In this document: in pieces, positions 1 to 9,166 of the stretch
Layout of the letters: the number at the start of each line of letters is the position of its first letter
Position numbering within the stretch: position 1 is the first letter of the stretch
Source: Acidimicrobiia bacterium
GTDB taxonomy: Bacteria; Actinomycetota; Acidimicrobiia; Spongiisociales; ZC4RG35
DNA length: 64,000 nt
NCBI GenBank assembly: GCA_035513335.1
Contig: DATKCE010000053.1
Coordinates: 25,793 to 89,792 of the forward strand
Reading direction: 5' to 3'
The notes under the pieces: model-generated
Database searches by the model: none
What the model was told of the DNA's origin: nothing
What the model saw: the letters and a program-made list of their open reading frames with translations, nothing else
Translations under genes and position numbers: made by a program

Positions 1-61
1 GAAGGTCGACGTGTACGTCGACGGGGAGCTGGAGGAGAAGCCGAAGACCAAATTCGGTTGA
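1..61 (+). CDS. 3' end of an unidentified CDS entering from upstream of the window
   Basis: Open frame from base 2 to TGA at 59-61 (..KVDVYVDGELEEKPKTKFG*) with strong GC3 bias. Too short to assign a family. Confidence 0.3.
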   Translation, partial: KVDVYVDGELEEKPKTKFG

Positions 62-64
62 CGT

Positions 65-853
65 CTACTCGGCGAGGTCGATAGAGCCGTCTCGGCGGCC
101 GCCCTCCGAGAAGAGCCTGAAGCCGAGCATGGCGATAACGAACCATCCCAGGCCTATCGCTATCTCGAGGCCCAGTTCGGCGAAGGCGCCGGAGCTGGGC
201 CCGTCGGACAGCAGAGAACGGGTGCCGAGGATTCCGTGGTGCATCGGGAGCACGTTCACCACCCGCTGCACTGTCTCCGGGAACACCTCGGTGGGGACGT
301 TGACCCCGGCGATGGCGACCAGCGTGTAGAAGACCAGGTTGAAGAGGATGTTGCCGATCCTGGGCCGGCGGATATTGATCGATGCGAGAAACAACCCCAG
401 CCCGTACGAACCCAGGCCAAGGGCAAGCAATCCGACCGGCAGCCACCACCAGTGCCCGGTGAACCCCAGGAATGGCGCCAGAAGGGCGAAGACGAAGGAC
501 GCCTCGGCCACTCCTTGGACGATGTAGAACGAGCACCGTCCGGCGAAAACCGGGAGCATTGACCTCGGCGCTGCCACGAGCAGCGGAAGGGTTCCCAGGC
601 CTCGCTCCCATGCGGTGTCGGGGCCGGCACCTTGCGGCATGAGCGCAGCCATGGCGCAAATGTTGCCCACAAACGCGAAGAGGATGAACTCGGGCCCGCC
701 CACCATGAGGCCCATGGCGGCGAAGAAGAGTACTTGTGCCGTGACCCGGGCGATCCAGCCGAACAGCCAGCTCTTCCAGGTGTATTGGGCCCGGACGTCT
801 TCGAGGCCCACCCGTGAGGCCTTCTGCACAATGCGCAATGTGCCGGCAGTCAT
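65..853 (-). CDS. ABC-2 type transporter permease
   Basis: 262-aa multi-TM ORF. ATGA overlap with the upstream permease. Last gene of an ATPase-permease-permease operon. Confidence 0.8.
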   Translation of the reverse strand: MTAGTLRIVQKASRVGLEDVRAQYTWKSWLFGWIARVTAQVLFFAAMGLMVGGPEFILFAFVGNICAMAALMPQGAGPDTAWERGLGTLPLLVAAPRSMLPVFAGRCSFYIVQGVAEASFVFALLAPFLGFTGHWWWLPVGLLALGLGSYGLGLFLASINIRRPRIGNILFNLVFYTLVAIAGVNVPTEVFPETVQRVVNVLPMHHGILGTRSLLSDGPSSGAFAELGLEIAIGLGWFVIAMLGFRLFSEGGRRDGSIDLAE

Positions 854-1590
854 ATCGTCGAGATCTCCCCGGTTCCGCGGACCTTGTCGAGGATGACCCG
901 AATCAGCCAGAGACCCGCAGCGAACCCCAACAGGCCGAGGACCACCACGACCGCGAGGCGGGCGAGAGCGTTCTCCACGACCAACTCGGTCACACTGTCA
1001 CGCATCAGGTCTGAGCTCCAAGACAGGAAGACGAGGCGGCCGAACGGGCGGACCCATTCGGGGAGCAACTCGAGCGGGACGAACACCCCTCCAAGGAGGA
1101 GGAAGGGGTAGGAGGCCGCGGCCTGGAACGTCACGGCGGCTCGGCTGAGGATCGTCATGCTCGAGAACACGATCCCGGTGCCCACGATGGCGAGAGCTGT
1201 GACGGTCAGCGTCGAGGTGAGAATCTCCCAGTTCCTCACCTCGACGTCGACGCCGTAGGTGAGCACCGCGGTGAGCAGAGTGACCGGAATGACCAGCAAC
1301 GACAGGAGGATGACTGCGGCGACCCTCGATGCCACTATCAGGCCGTAGGGCTGCGGTGAAGCGGCGTGGATCTCGAGGAGACCCAGCCATCGATCATCTC
1401 GCATGACTGCTCCGCCAGTCCACAGAGAAGCGGACCACATGTTCATCAGGATCGGAGCCATGAGGGCATTGGTGACGAGATCTGGTCGGTCGAAGACGTC
1501 CACCACCGAGAGAAACAGGACTACCTGCGGAGGTGTCGAGATCACCACCATCCAGTAGTTGGGCGTTCTCACCGCTAGCGACAGCTGCAT
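850..1590 (-). CDS. ABC-2 type transporter permease
   Basis: Hydrophobic 6-TM-like C-terminal 246 aa of ORF 850..1854. Start trimmed to ATG 1590 (MQLSLAVRT..) because the Arg/Gly-rich upstream part overlaps the ATPase gene. An alternative GTG near 1617 is possible. Confidence 0.7.
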   Translation of the reverse strand: MQLSLAVRTPNYWMVVISTPPQVVLFLSVVDVFDRPDLVTNALMAPILMNMWSASLWTGGAVMRDDRWLGLLEIHAASPQPYGLIVASRVAAVILLSLLVIPVTLLTAVLTYGVDVEVRNWEILTSTLTVTALAIVGTGIVFSSMTILSRAAVTFQAAASYPFLLLGGVFVPLELLPEWVRPFGRLVFLSWSSDLMRDSVTELVVENALARLAVVVVLGLLGFAAGLWLIRVILDKVRGTGEISTI

Positions 1591-1613
1591 TCGGAAGGCT
1601 GCGGCGGCGGCTC

Positions 1614-2567
1614 TCACACCTCCATGCCTCTGTCCCCCATCGTGCGCAGATAGACCTCCTCCAACGACGGATAGCCCGTTCGGACGGAGGCGAAGCCGTG
1701 ATTCAGAGCGAGTTGGAGTATCTCGGCTGATGCATCCTCCCGCTCCGGCTGGAAGCGAACCCATCCACCGGGTTGATCGGCGACCGAAGCAACCCCGGGA
1801 ACGGCCTCCAGGATGTCCCTGGTCTCGATGTCGAGTCCCAGTACCTCCACCCACTCGAACGCGCTGATCCAGGCTCCCAGTGTCCTGGGGCTCTCGGTGG
1901 CGAGGATCTCACCGTGGTCGATGAGGGTCACCCGGTCGCATATGGCCTCAGCCTCGGCCATGTCGTGGGTGGCGATGAAGATCGTCTTGCCTTCGTCGCG
2001 CAGCCCGGTGACCATTCCCCGAAAGTCGAGCGAAGCAACCGGATCGAGACCGACCGTAGGCTCATCGAGAAAGAGGACGGGCGGGTCAGCGACCAGGCCA
2101 CGAGCCAGGTGGAGGCGCTGGCGCATCCCTCGCGAGAAGGTCTCCACGCGGTCCTCGGCGCGGCCGTCCAGTCCGACGAGGTGGATGAGACGCTCGACCG
2201 TCTCCTTCGCCTGTTGGGTTGGTACCTCGTACAGGGCCGCCCAGTAGTCGAGGTTCTGCCGGGCGGTCAGCCGGGTGTAGAGGCCGCGGTCGCCCCCAAA
2301 GACCAGCCCGAACAGCTTGCGGACGGTCTTGGTGCTTTCGGTCACGTCGTATCCGAAGATCTCGGCGCGGCCGGACGTCGGGAGGAGAACTGTGGAGAGG
2401 ATCTTTATCAGGGTGGTCTTGCCGGCCCCGTTCGGTCCGAGAAGACCGTGTATCTCTCCCTCCTCGACGTCGAGAGAGACATCCTGCAAAGCAACGACCG
2501 TCTCGCCCCTGCGAAGCCCGCTCGTCCGAAACTCGCGTCGGAGGTCGAAGGTCTCAACCGCTCCCAT
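1614..2567 (-). CDS. ABC transporter ATP-binding protein (DrrA/NodI-like)
   Basis: Walker A GPNGAGKTT, signature SRGMRQRL, Walker B LFLDEPTVGLD. Confidence 0.92.
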   Translation of the reverse strand: MGAVETFDLRREFRTSGLRRGETVVALQDVSLDVEEGEIHGLLGPNGAGKTTLIKILSTVLLPTSGRAEIFGYDVTESTKTVRKLFGLVFGGDRGLYTRLTARQNLDYWAALYEVPTQQAKETVERLIHLVGLDGRAEDRVETFSRGMRQRLHLARGLVADPPVLFLDEPTVGLDPVASLDFRGMVTGLRDEGKTIFIATHDMAEAEAICDRVTLIDHGEILATESPRTLGAWISAFEWVEVLGLDIETRDILEAVPGVASVADQPGGWVRFQPEREDASAEILQLALNHGFASVRTGYPSLEEVYLRTMGDRGMEV

Positions 2568-2619
2568 TGTCTGTGAACCCTAGAGACGAAGTTGGCTACT
2601 TGCCCCTTATCCTGCCTCC

Positions 2620-3384
2620 ATGAGGCTCCCCAGGTTCACAGCCGTTGCCTTGGTCGTGGTGGCCGCCTGCACTCCCTCGGACGAGGTGCCCACCGAGCAG
2701 CACCTGCAAGGGAATTTCGTCCACGAGTCGGGACGGGAGATGCGGTATCTGGTGTGGTTGCCCGACGGATATGGGGAGGATCGGGACCATCGCTATCCGC
2801 TGATCTACTTCCTCCACGGCAGCGGAGACGAAGACTACGACTCGACCTTCGTCACCGCCTTCGGTCTTCCCGCGATGCTGGTCCTGGGAGAACAGCCCGA
2901 CAACTTCGAGTTCGTGGTGGTTTCCCCGCAGGCCGAGCCTCAGACCACCTGGTACACGCAGGGTCAACCGGAGATGGTGGACGCCCTCCTCGAGATGGTG
3001 CTCGACACGTATCTGGTCGATCCCGGCCGGGTTTACCTCACCGGTCTCTCCATGGGTGGCTTCGGGTCATGGCACATCGCCAGTCGTTATCCCGAGCGTT
3101 ACGCTGCCATGGCCTCCCTGTCCGGGAGTGGCTATCAACAGGCTTCGCCGCCACCGGCCGAGTTCGCCTGCCGGCTCGGCGACGTCCCGGTGTGGGCGAT
3201 ACACGGCGAGCGGGACCTGATCGCCGACTTCGACACGGTGCGGGCACAGGTGGAGGCGTGGGAGGATCTGTGTGGCCAGGAGTTGAGGTTCACCGCCCAC
3301 CCCGAGCTGGGCCATTTCTCCACCTACGAGGAGGCCTACCGCGACCCGGCTCTGTACGACTGGTTCCTCGATCACTCCCGGTAG
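2620..3384 (+). CDS. Secreted alpha/beta hydrolase (esterase / PHB-depolymerase-like) lipoprotein
   Basis: Lipobox VVAAC after the signal peptide. Nucleophile elbow GLSMGG, later HGERD and GH consistent with a Ser-Asp-His triad. Confidence 0.8.
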   Translation: MRLPRFTAVALVVVAACTPSDEVPTEQHLQGNFVHESGREMRYLVWLPDGYGEDRDHRYPLIYFLHGSGDEDYDSTFVTAFGLPAMLVLGEQPDNFEFVVVSPQAEPQTTWYTQGQPEMVDALLEMVLDTYLVDPGRVYLTGLSMGGFGSWHIASRYPERYAAMASLSGSGYQQASPPPAEFACRLGDVPVWAIHGERDLIADFDTVRAQVEAWEDLCGQELRFTAHPELGHFSTYEEAYRDPALYDWFLDHSR

Positions 3385-3387
3385 TAG

Positions 3388-3885
3388 TCAAGGGCGGAAG
3401 GGCTCGCTCGGCCCCATCGCCTCGGCCCGACCGTCGTCGAACTCGACCTCTGCCTCACAGTCGGTCGCCGATCGGGCCCGTTCCCCACTGAGCCCGATCA
3501 CGGTGAGCAGCGCGACGGTGGCCTGCTCGGTGTTGATGAACTGGACGCCGGTCGGGCCCAGCGGTGTGGTGGCCAGCCCCGCCGCCCGCAGGTAGACCGG
3601 GCCGGCACGGGTCGGGACGTCGGGCCGGGCGGCGAACGAGGAGATGTCGGTCTGGAGCCGTTCGTCGACGGCATCGGGACAGTCGAGCACCAGCCGATAG
3701 ACGTGAGGCCCCTCGACCCAGAACCCGGGTCCGAATTCGTGTGTGAACGCGACCGCCCACTGTTCGGGGTCGATCTCGTCGGGCAGCGAGGCCGGAGGCA
3801 GGTCGACTCCCTGGAGAGGCTCCACTCCGGAGCAGGCGGCGAGGAGGAGGAGCCAGGCAGTCACAATCGAGAGAACCGATCTCAC
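3388..3885 (-). CDS. Hypothetical lipoprotein
   Basis: Signal peptide plus lipobox LLLAAC. 4-nt overlap with the upstream oxidoreductase. No family recognised. Confidence 0.6.
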   Translation of the reverse strand: MRSVLSIVTAWLLLLAACSGVEPLQGVDLPPASLPDEIDPEQWAVAFTHEFGPGFWVEGPHVYRLVLDCPDAVDERLQTDISSFAARPDVPTRAGPVYLRAAGLATTPLGPTGVQFINTEQATVALLTVIGLSGERARSATDCEAEVEFDDGRAEAMGPSEPFRP

Positions 3886-5132
3886 AGCTGACCCGAGTTG
3901 GCGGCCTCGACGTCGCCGAGATAGGCCGGGTCCTGGTAGCGGCTGAGGCGGAAGGCGGGGGCGTATTCGGGGAGATCGGCCCCCACCAGATGGCGCGCCA
4001 GCAGGTCGGCGGCTCCGGCCGAGACCATCACCCCGAATCCCGACATGCCGGTGAGGAGGTGCACACCGGGAACATGGGTCGGCCCGATGAGCGGCCGGTT
4101 CTCCTCGGTCTTGGTGTAGTAGCCACCGTCGACGAACGACTCCGGAAGACGATCGAGATAGGCCCCCAGCCCGGGGACCATAGTGGTCAGGCCGCGCATC
4201 ACCACCTCCGGGTAGAGGGGATCCTGGGGGAGCGGCCAGGTCGGCTCGACGACCTCACCGTGATACTCCCAGAGGGCCAGCAGATAAGGAGACCCGGCCC
4301 CACCCTCCGGACGGAAGTGACAGAAGACGGGCATCTCCCCGAGGACCTCGTGACGACCCATCGACTCCAGCTCGGCCCGCTCCTCGTCAGACCAGTCCAG
4401 GGTCTGGGTGTCGCTCCAGATCGTCATCGGGGCGTCGCGAGGCACCACTCCGAGATGATCCTTGAACGCCACCTTGAGGTGGAGCTCCGAAAACAGGGGG
4501 AGGTCGACGCCGGCCAACGCGGCCACCTCGGCGGAGAGTGGTCCGGCGGCGATCACGACCTTGGGCGCATCGATCCGGGATCCGTCCGACAAGCCGACAC
4601 TCCCGTCGTCGATGGATGTCACCTCTGCCCGGATCAGCCTGGCTCCGGCGCCCCGGGCGCCCTCCAACATCCATTGTCCGAGATCCTGGGCCCGAAACCA
4701 TCCGGCCCGCTCCACCCTCACCCCGCCCACGGCATCGGCGGTCAGATATCCGTATCGCCGGCGGAGATCGGCGGCGTCGAGAACCTCGGCCCTCGCCCCG
4801 AGGCCCGTGACCTTGTCGACTTGCGCCGCCATCTCGGCGAGGGTCGCCGCCTCCCCGGTGGCGAAGAGATAGCCGTTCTGGTTGAAGCCGAAATCGGTTT
4901 CCCCGGCCAGCTCCTCGAATATGTCGATCGAACGGTTCATCAGCCCCACCATCGGCCGGTTGGGCCACCAGTTGCGATAGCACTCCGTCGACTTGTCCGA
5001 GGTGAGGGTGAGCGGTGGCCTGGGATCGACCAAGACGACATCTTCGACGCCGTGACGCACCGCGAGGTGGTAGGCCGCCGACACCCCCGCGATCCCGGCG
5101 CCGACGATGACGATGTCGGCGGTCGAGTTCAT
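3882..5132 (-). CDS. FAD-dependent oxidoreductase (DAO family)
   Basis: N-terminal dinucleotide-binding motif [17 protein letters not shown]. 416 aa. ATGA overlap with tkt. Confidence 0.85.
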   Translation of the reverse strand: MNSTADIVIVGAGIAGVSAAYHLAVRHGVEDVVLVDPRPPLTLTSDKSTECYRNWWPNRPMVGLMNRSIDIFEELAGETDFGFNQNGYLFATGEAATLAEMAAQVDKVTGLGARAEVLDAADLRRRYGYLTADAVGGVRVERAGWFRAQDLGQWMLEGARGAGARLIRAEVTSIDDGSVGLSDGSRIDAPKVVIAAGPLSAEVAALAGVDLPLFSELHLKVAFKDHLGVVPRDAPMTIWSDTQTLDWSDEERAELESMGRHEVLGEMPVFCHFRPEGGAGSPYLLALWEYHGEVVEPTWPLPQDPLYPEVVMRGLTTMVPGLGAYLDRLPESFVDGGYYTKTEENRPLIGPTHVPGVHLLTGMSGFGVMVSAGAADLLARHLVGADLPEYAPAFRLSRYQDPAYLGDVEAANSGQL

Positions 5133-7060
5133 CGGTCGAGGAACGTCGTCACCTTCCCGGCGATCGCCTCCGGTGTGAAACCGAATTGCTCCGCCATCAC
5201 CTCGGCGGGTGCCGAAGCTCCGAAGCGGTCGATGCCGATACTGAGGCCGTCCGGTCCCACGATCCGCTCCCAGCCGAAGATCGAGGCCGCTTCGATCGAT
5301 ACCCGGGGCAGTGAGCCGAGGACCTGGTCGCGATAGTCCTCGGGCTGCTCGTGGAACAGCTCCCAGGAGGGAAGGCTGACCACGCGCGCCGAGATTCCCT
5401 CTGCTTCGAGCAGGTCGGCGGCTCCCAGAGACGCCGACACTTCGGATCCGGTGGCGATCAGCGTCACGTCGGCTCCCTCGCGGACCACATATCCCCCACG
5501 GGGGAGGTCACCCGTGGGGAGGGTGGGGACGTCCTGGCGGGTGAGGATCAGAGCCACCGGGCCGTCGGTGCGGTTGAGGGCGACTTCCCACGCCTGGACG
5601 GCCTCGTTGGCGTCGGCGGGTCGGATCACCCACAGGTGGGGCATGGCCCGCATGGAGGCGAGGTGCTCGATGGGCTGGTGTGTCGGCCCGTCCTCGCCCA
5701 AGAAGATGGAGTCGTGGGTCCACACCCAGATGGAAGGGGCCTCCATGAGCGCGGAGAGCCGCACCGCCGGACGCATGTAGTCGGAGAAGACGAAGAAGGT
5801 TGCCCCGTAAGGGCGGAGGCCCCCGTGGACCGCCATCCCGTTGACCGCGGTGCCCATGCCGTGCTCGCGGACACCGAAGGGGATGTCACGTGCCGTCGGG
5901 TCGTCCGTGGAGAAGAGGCGACCGGAGTCGATCACCGTCTTGGTGGAGCCGGCCAGATCGGCGGACCCGCCGATGAACCCCGGGACCTTGTCGGCGATCT
6001 CGGCGATCACCTTGCCCGCGGAGGCGCGAGTCGCCATCTCCTCGCCCTCTTCGAAACCCGGCCCGTCGAGGCGGATTGGAGCGGTCGAGTGGAGAGCGTC
6101 CCACTCGGAGGTGTCGGCGGCTTCGAATCGCTCCTGCCACTCCTTGTATGCGGTTCGCCCCCGCTGCATCGCCCGGTCGAAGAACTCGTAGACGGCGTCG
6201 TCGATGTGGAAGGCGGGCTCCACGGGATATCCCATGCCCTCCTTGGTCATCCGGATCTCGTCGTCTCCCAGGGGAGAACCGTGGGCCTCGGCGGTGTCTT
6301 GCTTGTTGGGGGCACCGCGGGCGATATTGGTGTGGCAGACGATGAGTGACGGCCGCTCCTCTTCCGCCAGGGCTTCTTCGATCGCTCCGGCGATGGCGGG
6401 CCGGTCGTGCCCGTCGATGACCAGGCTGTGCCAGCCGTAGGCGTCGAAACGCTTGGCCACGTCCTCACTGAACGTGATGTCGGTAGAGCCGTCGATCGAG
6501 ATGTCGTTGTCGTCGTAGAGATAGATGAGTCGCCCGAGACCGAAATGGCCGGCGAGCGACGCCGACTCCGAGCTGACCCCCTCCATGACGTCCCCGTCGG
6601 AGACGAACCCGTAGGTGTGATGATCGACCAGGTCGGCTCCCAGACGGGCGCGGAGATGTGCCTCCGCCATGGCCATCCCAACACCGGTGCCGAAGCCTTG
6701 TCCCAGCGGGCCGGTGGTGGTCTCGATCCCGATCGCTTGGTCGATCTCGGGATGCCCGGCGGTGTGAGACCCCCATTGCCGGAAGTTCTTCAGCTCGTCG
6801 AGGGAGAGGGGGAACCCGGACAGATGGAGCAGCGAGTAGAGGAGCATCGAGCCGTGCCCGTTGGAGACGACGAATCGGTCACGATCGGGCCATTCGGGGT
6901 GGTCGGGGTCGACCTCGAGGTAGTTGCCCCAGAGAGTGACCGCGATGTCCGCCATGCCCATCGGCATGCCCGGATGACCCGAGTTGGCCTTCTGGACCGC
7001 GTCCATGGACAGGGCCTTGATCGTGTTGACAGCGAGTTGCTCGAGAGACGTGTCTGGCAT
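5129..7060 (-). CDS. tkt: Transketolase
   Basis: N-terminus [27 protein letters not shown] and full-length transketolase-like sequence. Start trimmed to ATG 7060 (MPDTSLEQ..). Confidence 0.95.
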   Translation of the reverse strand: MPDTSLEQLAVNTIKALSMDAVQKANSGHPGMPMGMADIAVTLWGNYLEVDPDHPEWPDRDRFVVSNGHGSMLLYSLLHLSGFPLSLDELKNFRQWGSHTAGHPEIDQAIGIETTTGPLGQGFGTGVGMAMAEAHLRARLGADLVDHHTYGFVSDGDVMEGVSSESASLAGHFGLGRLIYLYDDNDISIDGSTDITFSEDVAKRFDAYGWHSLVIDGHDRPAIAGAIEEALAEEERPSLIVCHTNIARGAPNKQDTAEAHGSPLGDDEIRMTKEGMGYPVEPAFHIDDAVYEFFDRAMQRGRTAYKEWQERFEAADTSEWDALHSTAPIRLDGPGFEEGEEMATRASAGKVIAEIADKVPGFIGGSADLAGSTKTVIDSGRLFSTDDPTARDIPFGVREHGMGTAVNGMAVHGGLRPYGATFFVFSDYMRPAVRLSALMEAPSIWVWTHDSIFLGEDGPTHQPIEHLASMRAMPHLWVIRPADANEAVQAWEVALNRTDGPVALILTRQDVPTLPTGDLPRGGYVVREGADVTLIATGSEVSASLGAADLLEAEGISARVVSLPSWELFHEQPEDYRDQVLGSLPRVSIEAASIFGWERIVGPDGLSIGIDRFGASAPAEVMAEQFGFTPEAIAGKVTTFLDR

Positions 7061-7107
7061 CCCGCCGGAGGGTACCCGAACTGGAGGACACTCCCCCGGC
7101 CCCCACC

Positions 7108-7146
7108 TGTGAGGACTTCCGCTGCTCATCGGAAGAAAACCTCACA
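7108..7146 (-). terminator. Stem-loop downstream of the sigma/Ogt operon (candidate intrinsic terminator)
   Basis: Nested inverted repeats TGTGAGG/CCTCACA and CTTCCG/CGGAAG, 15 nt after the stop at 7161. A T4 bulge is present on the minus strand. Confidence 0.45.
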
Positions 7147-7160
7147 AAGGGATGGTGGGC

Positions 7161-7916
7161 TCAGATGTGGGGGCGGCACTGCTTGCATGCCCGGAAACCC
7201 GCCTCCTCGGCGGCGGTCCCGGACGGGAAGTCGACCACGTTCGAATCCCTGGAGCGGCGAATGGCTGCGCAGGTGGGATGGCAGTACACCCCTGTGGACG
7301 AGTTCCCCCGCACCCGGACGCGACGTGCCGCCAGCCCCTCCAGCTCGCTGGGGCGGGCTCCCTCGTGCTCCAGCAGCTCGATCTTGTTGTGCGGCCCGCC
7401 CAAGGAGTAGTTGCCGATGTGCCCGTCGGTGCGCACCACACGGTGACAGGGGATGATGAGGGGGATCGGGTTCCTGGCCACTGCGGACCCGACGGCGCGC
7501 ACCGCCCGGGGGCTGGCGATCTCCCGAGCCACCCACCCATAGGGGCGCACCTCGCCTTTGGGGATGGTGGCGGTGGTGCGCAGCACCCTCTCCTGGAACG
7601 AGGTGACCGTACGCAGGTCGACTGGCAGTTCGCCAGGGCTGCCCCGCTCGATCGCCTCCGGGATGTGCCGGGCCCAGGCCGAAGGCGCCTCCGCCCTGAT
7701 CAGGGGTCGACCGAGATGCGGCTGATGACGCTCCGCGAACCCATCGGCGATGTCGAGGGACGAGACCCCCCCGGGGTTGAAGGTGACCACCACCTCGCCG
7801 ATTGGCGAGTCGTAGAAGTCGTATCCCTCGGCGAGACCGGTTCCGAGGGCGACGCCCTCGCTGATCCCGGGAGGGAGATGGCCGGTCAGCTGTTCGAGCT
7901 GCTTTTCGATGCTCAT
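7161..7916 (-). CDS. Methylated-DNA--protein-cysteine methyltransferase (Ogt-like) with a C-terminal Ada-type Cys4 zinc module
   Basis: Active-site IIPCHRVV. C-terminal CHPTC-x27-CKQC matches Ada N-domain ligand spacing (CxxxC..CxxC). ATGA overlap with the ECF sigma gene. Confidence 0.85.
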   Translation of the reverse strand: MSIEKQLEQLTGHLPPGISEGVALGTGLAEGYDFYDSPIGEVVVTFNPGGVSSLDIADGFAERHQPHLGRPLIRAEAPSAWARHIPEAIERGSPGELPVDLRTVTSFQERVLRTTATIPKGEVRPYGWVAREIASPRAVRAVGSAVARNPIPLIIPCHRVVRTDGHIGNYSLGGPHNKIELLEHEGARPSELEGLAARRVRVRGNSSTGVYCHPTCAAIRRSRDSNVVDFPSGTAAEEAGFRACKQCRPHI

Positions 7917-8431
7917 AGTTCTTCCTCGATCGTGTGACGGAGCTTTGCCAGGCCGCGGTGGACATCGGCTTTCACGGTCCCCTCCGGTCTACCGGTGATC
8001 TCTGCGATCTCGCCGATCCCCATCCCCACGACATGACGCAGGACCACCGCCGTCCGCTGATGGCCATTCAAGACCGACATCCTTCGGTCCCAGGCTGCAT
8101 CGTCGACGGGCTCCGGGTCCTCGGCCCCGGTCTCGGTCATCGCCACATAGGTGGGACGTCGGGAGCGGGAGCGCAGATGGTTCCGACCCAGGTTGATGGC
8201 GATGGTCCACAGCCACGGCTGGAGGTCCATGTCCACGATTCGCTGGGACTCGTAGCCGGCCAGTGCCCGATAGGCCCTGATGAAGGTCTCCTGGGTGAGG
8301 TCCTCTGCCTCCTGGTGGTCGCCGCAGATACGCCGCAGCCCCCAGAACAGCTTCCGACCCATTGCCTCGACGACCCGAGGGAACGTTGCGTCCAGATCGG
8401 CCGCGAGGGCATCGGTGAGATCATCCATCAC
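7913..8431 (-). CDS. ECF-type RNA polymerase sigma-70 family factor
   Basis: Region 2 (EDLTQETFIRAYRAL..PWLWTIAINLGRNHLR) and region 4 HTH (IGEIAEITGRPEGTVKADVHRGLAKLR). Confidence 0.9.
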   Translation of the reverse strand: MMDDLTDALAADLDATFPRVVEAMGRKLFWGLRRICGDHQEAEDLTQETFIRAYRALAGYESQRIVDMDLQPWLWTIAINLGRNHLRSRSRRPTYVAMTETGAEDPEPVDDAAWDRRMSVLNGHQRTAVVLRHVVGMGIGEIAEITGRPEGTVKADVHRGLAKLRHTIEEEL

Positions 8432-8488
8432 GTAGAAGAACCCCGCTCGAGGTCATCCGGTTGCACCCGCGGCACCGTACCTATATTG

Positions 8489-9166
8489 GTGAGAGTGTCG
8501 CCGCCAGCCATCGAGGAGAGCCTGAGCCGGGCCGAAGCCGCGGTGTCGGCCGGGGAGAGCCTGGCCGGCACCGGCTTCTGGCGGGCCGTGTCGGAGGTGA
8601 AGCGCCGGCCGGAGCTCGTGGACCGCTACGCCGACCGGATCGCCCGCATCGATGCTCAGGCCCACCGCAACTGGGCACTGCTGATCGTCCCATTGCGGCT
8701 GGGCACAGTGTTGGCGATCGTCGTCACCCTGATCGGCCTGGCCTCGATCTGGTGGGCATATCACCTCACCGGTTGGGCCCAGGTCCTCATCTTCCTCGCC
8801 GGGGTGGGGATCCTCCTCGGATCGACTCACACGCTGGCCCACCTGGTGGTCGGACGGCTGATGGGGATCAGGTTCAGCTACTGGTTCGTCGGCGAGGTCA
8901 GCCGGCCCCAGCCCGGAGTGAAGACCGACTACTCCTCCTATCTGCGCACAGCGGCCAACAAACGCGCCTGGATGCACGCCTCCGGGGCGCTCGCCACCAA
9001 GACGATCCCCTTCCTCCTCATCGGAGCTGCGGTCGCCGCCGAGCTCCCGACATGGATCGTTTGGGCCCTCGCCGGGCTCGGTGTGGCGATGATCCTGACC
9101 GACGTGTTCTGGTCGACCAACGCTTCGGACTGGAAGAGGTTCAGGCGGGAGAGAGGCTACGTCTAG
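8489..9166 (+). CDS. Hypothetical integral membrane protein
   Basis: C-terminal two thirds of ORF 7934..9166 has about 5 TM segments. The upstream part is antisense to the sigma gene. Start set at in-frame GTG 8489 (TTG 8486 or GTG 8495 are possible). Confidence 0.55.
   Translation: MRVSPPAIEESLSRAEAAVSAGESLAGTGFWRAVSEVKRRPELVDRYADRIARIDAQAHRNWALLIVPLRLGTVLAIVVTLIGLASIWWAYHLTGWAQVLIFLAGVGILLGSTHTLAHLVVGRLMGIRFSYWFVGEVSRPQPGVKTDYSSYLRTAANKRAWMHASGALATKTIPFLLIGAAVAAELPTWIVWALAGLGVAMILTDVFWSTNASDWKRFRRERGYV

Noticed and set aside
8432-8488. ECF-type autoregulatory promoter upstream of the sigma gene
   Set aside because: Only a weak GCAACC..GTTCT arrangement with doubtful spacing is present in the 57-nt spacer. 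That is not enough to call a promoter.
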